From the human T2T-CHM13v2.0 reference genome, Homo sapiens, in the NCBI RefSeq assembly GCF_009914755.1, contig NC_060933.1: 64,000 bases of DNA, one strand, 5' to 3'. The first letter of the stretch is position 1; each line of letters begins with the position of its first letter. The notes beneath the pieces are model-generated. The model had not been told where the DNA came from and did no database searches. It saw only the letters and a program-made list of their open reading frames with translations. Of this stretch, positions 1 through 14,975 are shown one piece after another. Position numbers and translations under genes: made by a program.

Positions 1-2090
1 TGAGTCTATAAATCTGGGCTCATTTGTAGAACAGAAATATCTGTTCCCACTGGCTGATAAAGTCTTGCTGCTCTGCCAAAAAGCACTGCTAACAGGGCAG
101 AGTTCCAGGGCCACAGAGCACCAAAGCAGAAAGCTCTAATTCTTAGTACACGAGTGCTGAAACCATCCCCTCCATTTGCAAAGAACCAGAAGGAATGGGC
201 GAGGTTCACACGCAAGTCTCAGAAACAAAAAGGGAAGGAGCGCACTTGGGGAGAGCTACGAACAGCAAAACAGGGTAGTGATTCTATAATACCACTCAAA
301 AGCATCATCTTAAAAAAAAAAAAGACACATTTTTAATATCCTTTTTTTTTTTCCTTCCTCCTCCATTGGTCACTTCCTATCCTCCAAGAAGGGAAGACAG
401 TGGTAGATGATCAGTGGGAGCATTATAGGAGCGGGAAACCAAGAAGTTCCAGGCCTGGATCTGTTACTGAAAAGTCTCAGAACTCACTGGAGAAAAATGC
501 TTCACTTATCTGCATCCTTATTTCCTTCACTATGAAATGAGGGTAGAAAGGAGATGCCTTCTGGCTCTTCCAGGTCTGGGTTTTCATGACGCTCTAAATA
601 CTACCCAACGATGTCAGAGGTTCCTTAGGGGTGACGGAAATTCCATCTACCGTCTAAATGCCTACTCAATAAATTGCACTGAATTAATTGGTCATAGGAG
701 ACCTTTAAATTCTAAGTGCTCCTTTGTTTAAAATTAAAAAGTGTAAAAAGTATTAATAAGGAAAAAGAATGGTGGGGTGAGGTCTGTACAAACCAATCCT
801 AGCCCCACATTTGATGTGTAAAGTCAGGTCCTGTACAAGCCACACTTGGGAGGCACGTCCATGTTAACTGACAGGAAGAAGGAGGGAAAAGGAAATTGGT
901 GGCTTTGATTTACTTAATGTATTTACTTAATTTCAATTGTTTTATTTTTTCCACAGTGCCCAAGTCCACCAAAAAAAAAAAAATCTAAATCTATTTTGTT
1001 ACCTGTCAAATAGGGAAAGGACAGCTTTCTAGAGCTACTGTGCCTGGGATTCATGCTAGTTTAAGGAGCTGATAAAACATGAAACAAAAATTTAAGACTG
1101 TGAGAGACTTCTAAGGAAACCTTTGGAACACTGTGATGCCCCAAGGTTTCTTCTCCGGGGACATTAAGTACCCAGCAAATCGAACTCCCTGTGTGGGGAC
1201 CTGAAGCTGCAAAGAAAGAGTTCCATTCCTTTAAAAGACATACCTGGGAATATCTTTGCCGGAGCCCCAAAACATAGCAGGGTAAGAGAGAGTTGGAAGG
1301 TGAGGAGAAGTTTCAGCTCAACCATCCATAATGAAGTCTATCTATGGGCCGGGTCCACGAAAAAGTTCCCAAAGCCGGTCCTGTCCTATCATGATGTGTC
1401 CATCAATGTCAGAGACTAGGTCTTTTGTAAGTTTCATGTGAGACCCAAGTCTGGAAAAGTCTCTTGGTGTGGTTACTGAAGGGTTAAAGACAAGGTTTCT
1501 AAGGGACAAAGATGAACAGGACAATGGGGGTCACCCTGGCATTGACCCCAGAAGAAAGGCCTTCTTCTGGATCCAAAAGGCCTCTTTGCTGGTCCCCAAG
1601 GTACATTGCAAGCTCCTTAAGGGAAGGTTATTCATCACTGAATACCAGCACCAAACACTGTAGATATTAGATTTTATTTACTGAATTGCAAAAATGAATA
1701 AAAAGCATAGTGCCAATAAAATAACAATTACAGATAAAGAAGAGCAAGAATCTAGACTTCAGTGCTTCAAAGATAAGTTTTTCTACCAAAAGAAAATAAA
1801 AAATCAGGACAAACTAATTAAAAGCCTGTCACCAGCACCAACTCCAGCCCCACAGCTATCACATCTGTACAGGAAAGGAGGTGACAAGGTTAAGAAACAC
1901 CATGAAATACTTAAGCAAAACTTGGAGTGTTTGGACTTGTTGGTGTTCCAGCCCACAACTACTGTTTCCTCTGAACTCCTCACAGCAACTAGTGGAATGA
2001 TGAGCAGACAGTGGGTGTCCAAAGGACGCTCACCAATCAATCAGTACAAAATCAATCTAAGACAGGCTCTACATTAAGGCATTTTCAAAG

Positions 2091-2242
2091 CCATGAAAGG
2101 AAATTCTGAAAACCTGTATTTCTCAAAAGTAAAATCACTTTTGATCAAAAGTAAAATCACTTTTGATCAAAAGTAAAATCACTTTTGATCAAAAGTAAAA
2201 TCACTTTTGAGAAATACAGGTTTTCAGAATTTCCCTTCATGG
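2091..2242. repeat. Nested inverted repeat: 40-bp arms (1 mismatch) enclosing four perfect tandem 22-bp units
   Basis: Left arm ccatgaaaggaaattctgaaaacctgtatttctcaaaagt (2091-2130) is the reverse complement of 2203-2242 apart from one base. Unit tcaaaagtaaaatcacttttga occurs at 2123, 2145, 2167 and 2189. Confidence 0.97.
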
Positions 2243-2811
2243 AAAAAAAGCCTTAGCCTTTTTCTGCACTTCACCAAAGATATACGGATGGCAAATAAGC
2301 ACATGAGAACATGCTCACCACCATTACTCATTACGGAAATTCATGTTAAACCACAATGAGATACCACTGCATACCAGTCAGAATGTCTAAACATTAAAAA
2401 GATGGACAATGTCAAGTGCTGGTGGAAGCACAGCAACTGGAACTCTCATACCCTGCTGGTGGGAAGGTAAAAACGACACAACCTTTTGAAAAACAACTTG
2501 GCAATATCTTTAAAAAAGTTAAACACACACCTACCATATGACCTAGCTATTGTACTCCTCAATATTTACCCAAGAGAAATGAAAGCACATGTCCATACAA
2601 AGACTTGTACATGTATGTTCATACTGGCTTTATTAATAGCCAAAACAACCCAGTTGTCCATCAACAGATAAATGGATAAACAAACTGCAGTATATCCAAT
2701 TGGTGGAATACTATACAGCAATAATAAGAAATAACCTATTGATACATGCAACAATATGGATGAATCTCAAAATGACTATGCTGAGTAGAAAAGTCAGATT
2801 TTAAAAAAAAA

Positions 2812-2944
2812 TTTTTTTTTTTTTTTTAGAGATGGGGTCTCACTATGTTGTCCAGGCTTGTCTTGAACTCCTGGGCTCAAGTGCTCCTTCTGCCTCTGCC
2901 TCCCAAATTGCTTAGCTTACAGGCGTGAGCTACCACGCCTAGTC
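2812..2944 (-). mobile_element. FLAM_C / AluJ left-arm monomer
   Basis: Poly-T followed by agagatggggtctcactatgttg...ctcctgggctcaag...aggcgtgagctaccacgcc. Confidence 0.88.
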
Positions 2945-2985
2945 AAAAGCCAGATAAACAAACAAACAAACCAGTATATGCTAGG

Positions 2986-3180
2986 CCATCTTTACAAAAA
3001 ACTTAAAAATTAGTCAGGTGTGGTGACACACACTTGTAGTCTCAGCTACTTGGGAGGCTGAGGCAGGAGGATCACTTGAGCCCAGGAATTTGCAGCTGCG
3101 GTGAGCTATGATCACACCACTGCACTCCAGCCTGGGCGACAAAGCAACATCCTGCCTCAAAGAGAAAAAAAGAAAAAAAA
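2986..3180 (+). mobile_element. 5'-truncated AluJ (linker plus right arm) with TSD agtatatgct
   Basis: J-type right arm ggaggatcacttgagcccagg; A-tail; agtatatgct at 2973-2982 and 3181-3190. Confidence 0.9.
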
Positions 3181-3910
3181 AGTATATGCTGTATAGTTCC
3201 TCTAATATGACTTCTAGAAAATGCAAACTATAGTGACAAAAAGCAGATCACTGGTTGCTTGGGGTGAGGGTGAAAGGAATGATAAAAGGGCATGAGAAAA
3301 CCTTCAGGGTAAGAAATATGTTCATTGTCTTGATTATGTTTGAGTAAGGTGATAGTTTCAGAGGTATATACATGTGTCACAATTTATATACTTTAAACAG
3401 GTATAATTGATTATATTTTTGTAGCCTCAAATAAACCTGAAAAAATACAGCTATAAAGGAAAAAACAATACACATCAGATCACAATAAATTAAACTGTAT
3501 ACTTCTGATTTACATAAATGACAATGCATTATGCTTAGTCATAGATACCAATTTAACTAGAGGGATCAAACCACTATTATAAAATGAAATAATATATTCA
3601 AAAGAAAAAAAGCAAAAAAATCACCAGCCTATCCTTTTCTGTGGATCTGAGCATAATAAGCTAAAAGAGGTCAGGAAAATGATTGGCATTGATGATACCA
3701 GATACATTCCAGAGCTGATGAGGCAGCAACAAAGTTAGGATCCACCTTCTTCTAAGTTCTAAATTCCAGCAGGTTCCCATCTGTGGCCTTGAGCAAGTCA
3801 GCTCTGCCAACATTCCCCCCACAATGCTCATTTCCCTTACGGTATAGATGCTCTGACAACTCTTGGCCCAGAGCCTCCATCGCTGGAGCAATCCTCGTAC
3901 CCCTTCTGGA

Positions 3911-4041
3911 GCAGTGGTTCTGAGTCTCAGCTGCATGCAGGAATCATCCCGGGAGCTGCTTAAAAATATGGATGACTGGGCCTCTTCCCTGAAACAACTC
4001 CCCGTAAGATTCTAATGTGTAGCTAGGGCTGGGAGTCACTG
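3911..4041. mobile_element. MER5-family hAT-Charlie DNA transposon remnant
   Basis: Ends cagtggttct...gggagtcactg; internal gaatcatcccgggagctgcttaaaaat and gattctaatgtg. Confidence 0.7.
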
Positions 4042-4688
4042 TTGTTCCAAAGTCCCCCTTACCTGCAGAGCAAAGCTGTGGCCCTGCATCAGCTGGCTAG
4101 TCCCTTTAATTGGCAGCCCATTATAGTCTACTACTACTATTCAGCTGTCAGATGTCCCTAAAGTGAGGACTGGCCCTGACCACTCCTCCTAAGGGCCAGC
4201 AGGCCCTGAGCTCAGAGCGTAACTGAGGTTTAGAAACACCTTTAGTACCCATCCCCCTCACCACTGCCTCCAAACACAAAGAATGTCCAGTTCTTTCCAC
4301 ACTAACCAAAATTAGAGATTTAATGTCTCCGCAAGCTAGAAATAAGTATAATCTGCACTGAAAACAGGTTTTTCATGTTATTATTAAGAATTCCTGTGTA
4401 TCTATTTTAAACGAGTACTCTCAGAGTGACTGGTACAACTAGGATAAAATCTGTTCTGCCCTAAAAGACTCAAGCTAGGAGACAAACCCACTTCCCATGC
4501 ATGCCTATTCTCATGTTACTGAGGTCACTGTACCTGTGAGAGCTGGTGCAATCTTCAACACAGGTGAAAGAGAAACTGGCTTACTGCTTCTTGATGACTT
4601 ATAACCCTAACCAGGGACTTGCTTTCTGGGCCGAAATCTATATGGCACAGAGACAGAAAGAAAAAAGCATCAAGAAACCATCAAAATT

Positions 4689-5018
<330 letters not shown>

Positions 5019-8000
5019 TTAAAATTACTTTCCATTCCAAGAAAGAACAGAAAGATCTGAAACAAAAGAGTTTCACTTACAACCAGCATTAGTTGGGGGA
5101 CAGCATGGTGTGAAATATTAACAATCCTGAAGCTCTTTGTTATGCAAAGAGAGATTTAAAAAAAAAAATGGATCCAGCTTCTATGTGATGAGCTGTACTA
5201 CACAACCACCCATTTCTTTTCTTCCTTTGCCCAATAATGGCCAGTGATGTAATAACCACACCAGACAGCTGTCTTCCTGGATAAAATCACCTTGTAAAGG
5301 AGAAATGCAATTAGAGGATGCAATGAAATATAATTTTCAGACTGCTTCTGCAGGCTGCCACATTCAACTTAGTGCTTAATGGCCAGGTTCTTTATTACAG
5401 TTTTCTATTTTATGCAATTTCTCTTTGACTCAGTATCTACGGAAGACACTGGGTTTTAAATTTTAGTCTATGTCACGATGGGTCTGAGACAAACCCAAGT
5501 CAGGTTAGCTGAGAGTGAGGCCAGGATCAGAACCAGACACTAAGGGCCACAAGGGGCACGTGACAGTTGGGCCTGAAGGGTTGGCTAGAGCAAGGCTAGA
5601 CGGGGAGGCAGGGATAGGTGGGATGGGGTGGCAGGGCTCTGTCACCAACTCCTCTGCCTGCTCTTCTGGTCTCCCTCCACAATTGCTGGCACAACATATC
5701 CACTCTGAGACTTCTACCCTCCCTGTGCTCATGAACAGTATCCCGCTCTCATCATGCAGTTTTAACCAATTAGCAACTATTTCTCCATACTCCTCTTTCA
5801 CACCCCACCACCCAGTACTTTTGGGAAGGGGGGATTGGAGTATTTTAAAGTGAATCTGGTTCATCAAATCATTTCACCCAAGGTTTAAGGGTACCTCAAA
5901 CTTGACATGCTTCAAATGAAACCCATTAATTTTCTGTTTAAATGCAGTAGTACTTTCTGCACCTTTAGATTCCCGGTGTGGTCAAACATACATCTGGCCT
6001 GTGGAAAGTACATAAAGGCTTTCAGAGTGAACATACACACACACACATACACAGAAATTCTCTCCTCACTCTGTCTCTCTCTTCTCTCTCTCCCCCACCA
6101 GGACTTCCTCCTAGCTTTCTGCCACAGGCCAGTGCTTCTAAAGATGAGGGAACCGAGGAAACCCCCCGGGACGCAGCAGGGGAGCGAATCAGTTCTCCTG
6201 TCCGCCTAAAGTGTTCCGTCCCTGACAGGCTACAGATTTCAGTCTGTGGCTTATTGAACTGAGTACGGTTCTCTCAAGGGGAGAAAAGTAACTTTTACAA
6301 CATATATGCTAATGAAGCATAACGACAGAGAGCATTTAAAACAAAATGTCCCTATATTTATTCTCCATAGACAGATTTTTGCATTAATATTTATGAGGGA
6401 TTCCTCGTTTATTTCTCCCAGAGATTTTTCTCTTGCCCAAAGAGAGGGGATAAAAGATAAGTAACATGAACCAATTATCTTTTAAACAGTTACAAAGGAC
6501 TATCTTATTTATCTGCATTCTGCTACTTGATTAATCTTCCTAATATACCACTTTCCACATATCAGCCCCTGCTCACAAGCCCCGGGGGCCTGCTCTCCCT
6601 GTAGCAGCGCACTGCAAGACCTCTGCCTGGCTCTGGGGCCCTGCTCGCTGCCAGTACCTCTAGATCCAACCCTATCCATCCTCACTCTGCAGGAAGGGTT
6701 GCCACTGCCACTGGGGACAGACCTGCAGCTACAGAGCCCTACCCATAGGCATTTCTGTCTGTCCAAATTCCACCTGGTTCCCGGCCATTCAAATACCCAA
6801 CACTTACACTTCCAATCCACTAAGAGCCACGGGCAGTAGGAACGCACGTCCAGAACATGCTGTGAAAAGATGTTTTGAGCCTCATCAGCCAGGTGAGCAG
6901 CACACAGAGGAACGAGCCTTCAGGACTCATTCATTCAACCAACAGTGCACAGTCAAGACTAGGCCGTAAAAGAGACACAGGCAGCGCCAGTCCTCAAGGA
7001 GTTGAAGTCTCACAACATGGGGCACAAAGTGGCAACTGCCCTGGAAGAGACAAAACTGAAACCTTATAGGAGTAAGAAGCTGAAGGTTTCTTTCTGCCCA
7101 ATCACTGAATCACATTTTTCCTTCCCTCATCAAAGACAGACTGAGAGAGACACTTTCCTCTTCTACCTGCCAATAACAGGAGTACATAAAATAAATACAT
7201 AAAAACGGACATTTCAGCAACTATTACTGGGTGTGACTTCTCTGACGCCTCACATGAGAAACTCTAAAGAGCAATGAGGACAAGGCGACACTGGAGATGG
7301 CACACATAAGGAAGATGATCCCATACCCTTGGCCTCAAAATGCCTTCTGAGTCTACTTCAAGGCAAATGGAACAAAAAAGCAGAAGGAGAAAGAAACAGT
7401 GCTTGGGCCGTTAAATGTTTACAATCCAACCAGGCAAGGCCTTTCTCTGTTCCTGTGTGAGTCTGAGAGTGTACGCTGGCTTCAAGGAGCTCTGAATGCC
7501 AGGTATTTGACCACGAAGGGTTTCTTTCTGTCACCGTGTCAAGGTGGCCTGGTAATGTCTATAGTGCTCCTGACCGTTCATGAGCCACAATTATAAAACT
7601 TTGGCAGGTATCCTAGTTCCTACCAATCTTTTAACTTTTGCAAAAAAACTGGCCGAAATTGGGATCTTAAATCTTGAAATTCATTGTATCCCTCTCTTTT
7701 GGCAACTGAATAATTTTCCATCTAAGATCCCAATACGGGTAACCCTTGCTGTCTAAAACATTCCTATTCACACTCGGGACATGGAATTGATACGGATAAA
7801 TATCTGGGATAAGAGTGGTATCCCTCACCATTCCTGGAGACAGCTCCGGTCTTGCAGGAAAAAGGCAAAAGCAGCTGTCTCAGTCGGACAGCTTAAACAT
7901 GACTGATATTAATAAACGAGCTTAGGTAGTGTCAGTTATTGGAAACTGATCTCCTCCTTATTAATATGGTCCCGCAATGGAGAGAAAAGATTTCTCCATG

Positions 8001-9429
8001 TTCTAGAATGCAAACAATGTTTTAATCTTTAATTATATTCTCAATTTCAACTCTTCTAGAGAGTTATCGCCACCTAGGCCTAGGATTATTTCTTTATTAC
8101 ATAGCCTCTCTGTGGTATTTAATGAATACTGTTACTTAATACTTGCCAGTAGGGGAAAGAATGACTTAGCAAATTTCTACCCAAGTTTTGATGACTTTTT
8201 CCAAAACGCAGGAAACTTACAGCTGCAAAGTTCTCTGTTTCCTTTGTGGGACATTAAGCCGGGCGACATCTCTGCCCACCAGCCCAAGCTCAGGGTGAGC
8301 CAGCCTGCTCCCTTTGTACAGTGTCCCTGGAAAAGGAGACTGAGGAAACGCTCTGCATTTCCAAGGCTTGTGGCAATGAACCAGTTTGTATCACATTCAT
8401 GGTTTATTCACTGTTACTTTGCTCAGAGGCAAACTAAATTCAACTCCAATAAAAAGAGATGCCAGATATTCTTGTTCAAGGTTCCTGTCCCTTCAAAGTT
8501 GAAGAATTTAACATAAATGAATCAGCATATAACCAAATTCTGCCCTCAACAAAATACCAAGAGTCCAGGAACAAAACAAACCCCAGGTAATCAAGAAGAA
8601 AATCAAGTCCCTGCAAGGACACATGCTCACAGTCACTATGTAAATGGTGTCTATAGCCAGGTTTTTGTAATCGAACTGCAGAAACCTGGAGTTTTATACC
8701 TGTATGGCAGAGGAAAAAAAAAAACAACAACCTTAAAAAAGGTCTCAAAATGAGCAACAGAAGAGATAATGATATAATGGCCAGGAAGCTACGAGAAGAG
8801 ACTTGTTTAATGAGCTTCATCCTGGCAAGTGTTTGCCTTGCTCAGTTTAAACAGCAATGACGATCACCCCCCCTTCATGCATCACTATTGCCAAAGACGG
8901 ATTCAAGTTGCTGCTTTGCTCTCTGTGATTCCCACTGGTTTTACATCAAGCAAAAAACAACATGAGCCTCTGACTTTCAAGAACAGAAACAGCATCTACC
9001 ACACATCTTGGAAAGGATCCAATCATCTGGATAAGCACCATGTGTAATTTCAAGTCAATGATCTTCTTGGGAATTAATGTGCAAGGCGGTGGCAGAAAAT
9101 GAGCCTCTTTCAGTTAAACTCCCAGAGCCAAATCAGTGGCCGTACCAAAGGCAATCTGTTGTTCAAACACTGGAAGCCCTAGGTGTGAGTGCTGTGTCAT
9201 TATCCCTGTTACCTCCTGAATGGGTGGCACTTCCTTCCAGCAACACTTGTCACTGCATGCTGTTTTTGTGGTCTTATTGTTACTCAAACCTGAGAGGCAA
9301 GTCATCCAAGAATCGAAACGCAAAGTGAGGACTCTCTCTCTCTTGAAAGTATTACAAGATACTGAAACAAATGCAAACGCTGAGGAAATGGCACCAGTAA
9401 GCTCCAAAGAACATCGAAAAAATACTATT

Positions 9430-9615
9430 CAGCAATAAAATGGAACCAACCGCTGATACATGCAACATAAAGGAATCTCAAAAACATGTTGAGTAGAAGA
9501 AATCAGAAGGAAAATATTATGTTCTGCATGACTCCACTTATACAGAAGTTCCAGAAGAGGCAAAGCTAAGGTATAAGTATAGATATCAGAACAGTAGTTG
9601 CCTGGGGTGGGAGAG
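9430..9615 (+). mobile_element. L1ME-type 3'UTR fragment
   Basis: gatacatgcaac...aatctcaaaaacatgttgagt...gcatgactccacttatac...cagaacagtagttgcctgggg. Confidence 0.7.
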
Positions 9616-11149
9616 AAATTGGAGACAAGTATAATCCACCCTTTGGAGGAGTTTTGCTATAAAGAGGAGAGACACGAGGTGGGAGCTGGGAGGCAGAATG
9701 CAGTCATGGATGTGTGTTCTTACAGGAGACAGTTTTCAGGGTAAGCATGTTTTGTCTATGAATGAGAATGATCAGGAGAAAAGGGAAATAATTATGGTGT
9801 AGGACGGAAAAAGGAGACCAATGGAGACAAGGCCAGGAGTAGGTGAGAGGGATCCATCAGCAAGTAGATGGGCTGTTCTTAGCTTGGAGCACGAATAGCT
9901 CACCCCCAGGGACCACAGAGAACAAAGCCCGGGAAACAAGTATGCCCTTAATCAAGCAGACAGAATCTTTTCATGGAAGATAATATAATGCAAGAGAAAC
10001 TGCCTGTCCCCACAACTTCCAGGGCATGGAGGTAATAGTTTTCAATGTAAGCTTTCTGAAAAACTATTTGTTTTCCCTCAAACCTAAATAAGATCTAGGT
10101 TTGCTGGATATGAACACAGTCACCTCTGCTGTTACTGAAAGCTGGCATTTCATCAGGCCAAGTTGTTGAAACTCAGAGGAGTGCTAGGCCATTCAGCCTG
10201 GCCATACTGATTGAAAGCAATATTCCATGTTAACACAAAAGCACACAACACTGCATTAGAAAATCGAGGCTGCTATCTAAGATAGAACACAGGTAAACAT
10301 AGCTACATCTCTCAATAAATACATAGATATCTCAATATATAACTCATAGATCAATTAAATAAGATATAGCCACTCTCCAGGCTGATCCCAATCCTATGAG
10401 GCTCAGAAGCCCAACAATGTTTGCACAGCAACAGTGGACACAGCCTCTCAGCCTCTTTACGGAAACGATAGCACCCCTTGTGCAAAAACCTTAATTTGAG
10501 CATTTGGAAATCCTAGAAGTGAGGTCACTTCATCAGTGCCCTCTGAACGCTAACAAGTGATAAAATATCTTTCATCATGAACAAGATCTTTATCTTCTAT
10601 CAAGCTTCTTTGGAGGGGGAGAAAGATATGAATCATTAATCCCATGAATCACTCATCCTATGGGAGCTCAGGGAGGAATCTGAGTCTTCAGAGACTACCG
10701 TTAGAGCCCTGCATTTTAAAAACAAACACATTGTACACAGCTCCTGCATTCCTGCCACGCCTGTGCTCTCTGCACAGTTGGGCAGAACTAGTAGTTTTGC
10801 TGTAGCAGCCTTAGTGCCATCCAACTGCTAACACAAGCCACGCAGAAACCTACCCATCACTGCACTAATACGCACAGGGTTGCAGAGAAAGGTGTGTGAG
10901 GAACCCAGACGCTAGCCCTTCACTGCTTTCCTCCACCGTTTAAAAACAAAACCTTTCCTTAGAATCCTGTAAGCCTATGCAAGAAAGCATCTAGCATTCT
11001 CAATGAAATAAGGCCCCCATCCTTCACAGCCAGCAGCAGATAAATCTGGTGAAGGGCGGCTGGGCTTCCCCAAGTGGACCTCCCTCCCCACTCTGCCCGT
11101 GGCCTTCTCAGGCACTGGAAGAAGGTCATGTCAGTCAACTTGGTCCATG

Positions 11150-11306
11150 TTGCTATGATGCTCTGCTCCTTGTTTGCTCCTATCTCTACTCAGAACTTCC
11201 CAAAAACCAAGATTATATCTTATTCATCTCCGAATCCCCAGCACAGTGCATAGAACCAAGCATTTGTAGGCCCTGAGTAAATATTTACTGAATAAATAAG
11301 TGAATG
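11150..11306 (+). mobile_element. L2 3' end
   Basis: ttcatctccgaatccccagcacagtg...aaatatttactgaataaataagtgaatg. Confidence 0.65.
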
Positions 11307-11341
11307 GGGTTTACAGGCTCAGCCATTGTTCCTGTGTGCGA

Positions 11342-11867
11342 TGTGATGGTTTTAAAATAAATATGTCCACAAATTCTTTGACACGTCTTTCTTCAAAAGG
11401 GAGAGCCTCATCCCCTCCCCTTGCATGCCAGTCAAACTTCGTGACTCATTGCAAATGAACAGAATGGGGTAGAACTGACGCTGTGTGTCTTCTGAGATTA
11501 GGTCATAAAAAGGATGGCTGCTGCCTGGCTCTCATTCTCCTAGATTGCTGGCTCTGGAGGAGCCAGAAGCCATGTCATGAGGATATTCAAGCAGCCTGCG
11601 GAGAGGCCTAGGTGGAGAGGAACCGAGATCTCCTGCCAACGGCCAGCACCAACTTGCCTGCCATGTGAGTGAGCCACCTTGCAAGTGGAGCTCCTAATCC
11701 CAGCCAAACCTCAGGTGACTGCAGCCTTACAAGAGGCTCTGAGCCAGAACCACCCAAACGAGCCACTCCTGGATTCCTAATCCACAGAAACTGTGAGAGA
11801 TAATGTTCATGGCTGTTAAAGCACTAAGTTTTAGAGCAATCTGTTATGAAGCAATAGATAATTAACA
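11342..11867 (+). mobile_element. MaLR solo LTR (MLT1F-like)
   Basis: TG...CA ends; motifs gccatgtgagtgagccacc, ccacagaaactgtgagagataatg, gttatgaagcaatagataa. Confidence 0.85.
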
Positions 11868-11935
11868 TAGCAACCTTGGAGGATTTCGGTGTTTTATAAG
11901 GGGGTTGAAAGGATTTTCTTAATGACAAAAAGTTA

Positions 11936-13100
<1,165 letters not shown>

Positions 13101-13582
13101 AAATTTTGTAATAAGGAGTCTTCTATAGAATACAACCAAAAGATGGATATTGATATGCAAATTTGAATAGTCCATAGATCAAATTATGCTCCCTTAAATG
13201 TCACAACTATATTCAATAAAAGGTTGAGATATGAAATAGAACAATACTATAATATACTCCTTTTTGGAGATTATTTTGCTTTTAAAACCTATTTATTGCT
13301 TTAAAAAAACTATTGCTTTTAAAAACTATATATGACATATGCACAGAAAAAGTCTAGAACAATATCCATCCTAATCTTAATAACTTTTTCAGATAACAAA
13401 AACATTATTTTTTAATGTTTTTGTTACCTTTTCAAAATCTACATTATGTATATACTATTATTGTTCTATTTCCTAGCTTAAAAAAGAAAAACAAAACTTT
13501 TTAGACAGGCAGCCGTGTTGCATTTCTAGCCAACATCAAACATAATGAGTGGCACATAGTAGGTGCTCAGTGGAAGTGCAAT

Positions 13583-13747
13583 GGGGCGGGACGCAGTGGC
13601 TCACATCTATAATCCCAGCACTTTCAAAGGTCAAGGTGAGAGGATCATTTGAGCTCAGGAGTTTGAGGCTGCAGTAAGCTGTGATCATACCACTGCACTC
13701 CAGCCTGGGTGACAGAGGAAAAACATGCCTCTAAAAAGAAACAAAAA
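13583..13747 (+). mobile_element. Alu monomer (FRAM-like, or an internally recombined AluJ)
   Basis: Left-arm-type start gtggctcacatctataatcccagcacttt runs into a right-arm-type end gctgcagtaagctgtgatcataccactgcactccagcctggg. Confidence 0.85.
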
Positions 13748-14659
13748 GGGGAGTTGGGGAGGCAATTGATGTCTTTTAGATATAGCTTCTGCCTACTGGA
13801 CAGTAGTTCTATAAAGGGATTCCAGGATAATGTAAGCCCAAAAAGCTCAATGATGTGAAAAGGCAGCAGTCAATTTTCACAGGAAATAGGCTACTAAGTA
13901 TAGGAAATCATTTCTATGTTGTATTCTTAGGACACAGTAACCACTTTTCTCTTTGAAACTATTTTGAGTGATTTATTATAAATTTATAATGACAGTTGTG
14001 AACACCTCTCGCTCTTTTTTTTTTTTTGGCATGAGAACAGTCTGTTGATTGCCCTAATGCCTAAAATAGTTTCTAAGTGTCCTCACAATAGCATGTCACC
14101 TGTAAACAGGTTTCAAGCCAATGCAAATTAACAAATGGTGAACAGATGGACTAAGAACTGACTTTTGTCAAGAGAGAGTTAGCAACAAATACTTTTTGGC
14201 TCCAGTCTTATGGGACCATTAGAAAGTCTTTTACTTCTCGCCAAACATCTTGCCTCAGTAGACAATCCATGCAGGGAAAATGACAAGTTACAAGGCCCAT
14301 TAGACTTTAGAGAGCTGAAAGTTGAGATTTGCAGAATCACCAAATCGACACATGAGAAACAACAGATAGAATAATGGCCCTTAAGAAGCATTCTGCCAAA
14401 TAGTCAAAACTCTGGCTTGCATCACTAAAAGCAGCTGTCCCTGTAGTGACCTTCTTTTTGAAAAATATGGCCCCTGTGCATGCAAGCAACAGACACAAGC
14501 TACTTGTCGAGGCTGGCTGGTTACATTCCTCCTATCCTGGAAGCAAGTGTGAACTGTGAAGAAAGCCTGAAAATCATGGAAGTGGTGGCATAAGAACGTC
14601 CACCAGCTAGAGAAAGGATCCCCAGAGCAGTCACCCCTTGGGATCCCCCCGGCTCTTCA

Positions 14660-14975
14660 CTGGTCTTTCTCCTCCTCATTCGTCAAGTCTCTGCCTCATA
14701 TTGGCTCCTCAGAGAAGCCCTCTTTGATCACCCTATTTAACAGTATCCCCCACTCCCATACCTTACCCCACTCTGTAGTCCCTTCCTAGCACTAAGCATA
14801 ACTACAAATTATGGCGTTAATTTATTAATTTGTTGAGGGGTGCTTGTTTGGTCTCCTCCCACCCCCGAAATGAAAAGCTTAACAAAGATGGGACAATGTC
14901 TGTCCTGCCCATGTTTATATCCTTGGGGCCTAGAAACATGCCTGACACAGAGTAGGTACAATAAATATTTGCTAA
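14660..14975 (+). mobile_element. L2 3' fragment
   Basis: ctcctcagagaagccctctttgatcaccctatttaa...cctagaaacatgcctgacacagagtagg...aataaatatttg. Confidence 0.75.

Larger units (their letters stand above)
2268..3445 (+). mobile_element. Old L1M (L1MB/MC/ME-type) ORF2 3' end and 3'UTR, interrupted by two Alu-family insertions
   Basis: L1-like text cacttcaccaaagatatacggatggcaaataagcacatg...ccatatgacctagc...atggatgaatctcaaaa; ORF 2486..2671 resembles the degenerate ORF2 C-terminus (LPYDLAIVLLNIYPREMK). Confidence 0.85.

Noticed and set aside
2123-2210. Four palindromic 22-bp repeats resembling a CRISPR array
   Set aside because: The units abut with no spacers, there are no cas genes, and the context is primate DNA.
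5602-5636. Canonical G-quadruplex motif (others near 33042-33061 and 46198-46217)
   Set aside because: Such motifs are common at this density and nothing in the context points to function.
7837-7881. Hairpin gagacagct...agctgtctc as a possible miRNA precursor
   Set aside because: Only a 9-bp stem with a large, poorly paired interior.
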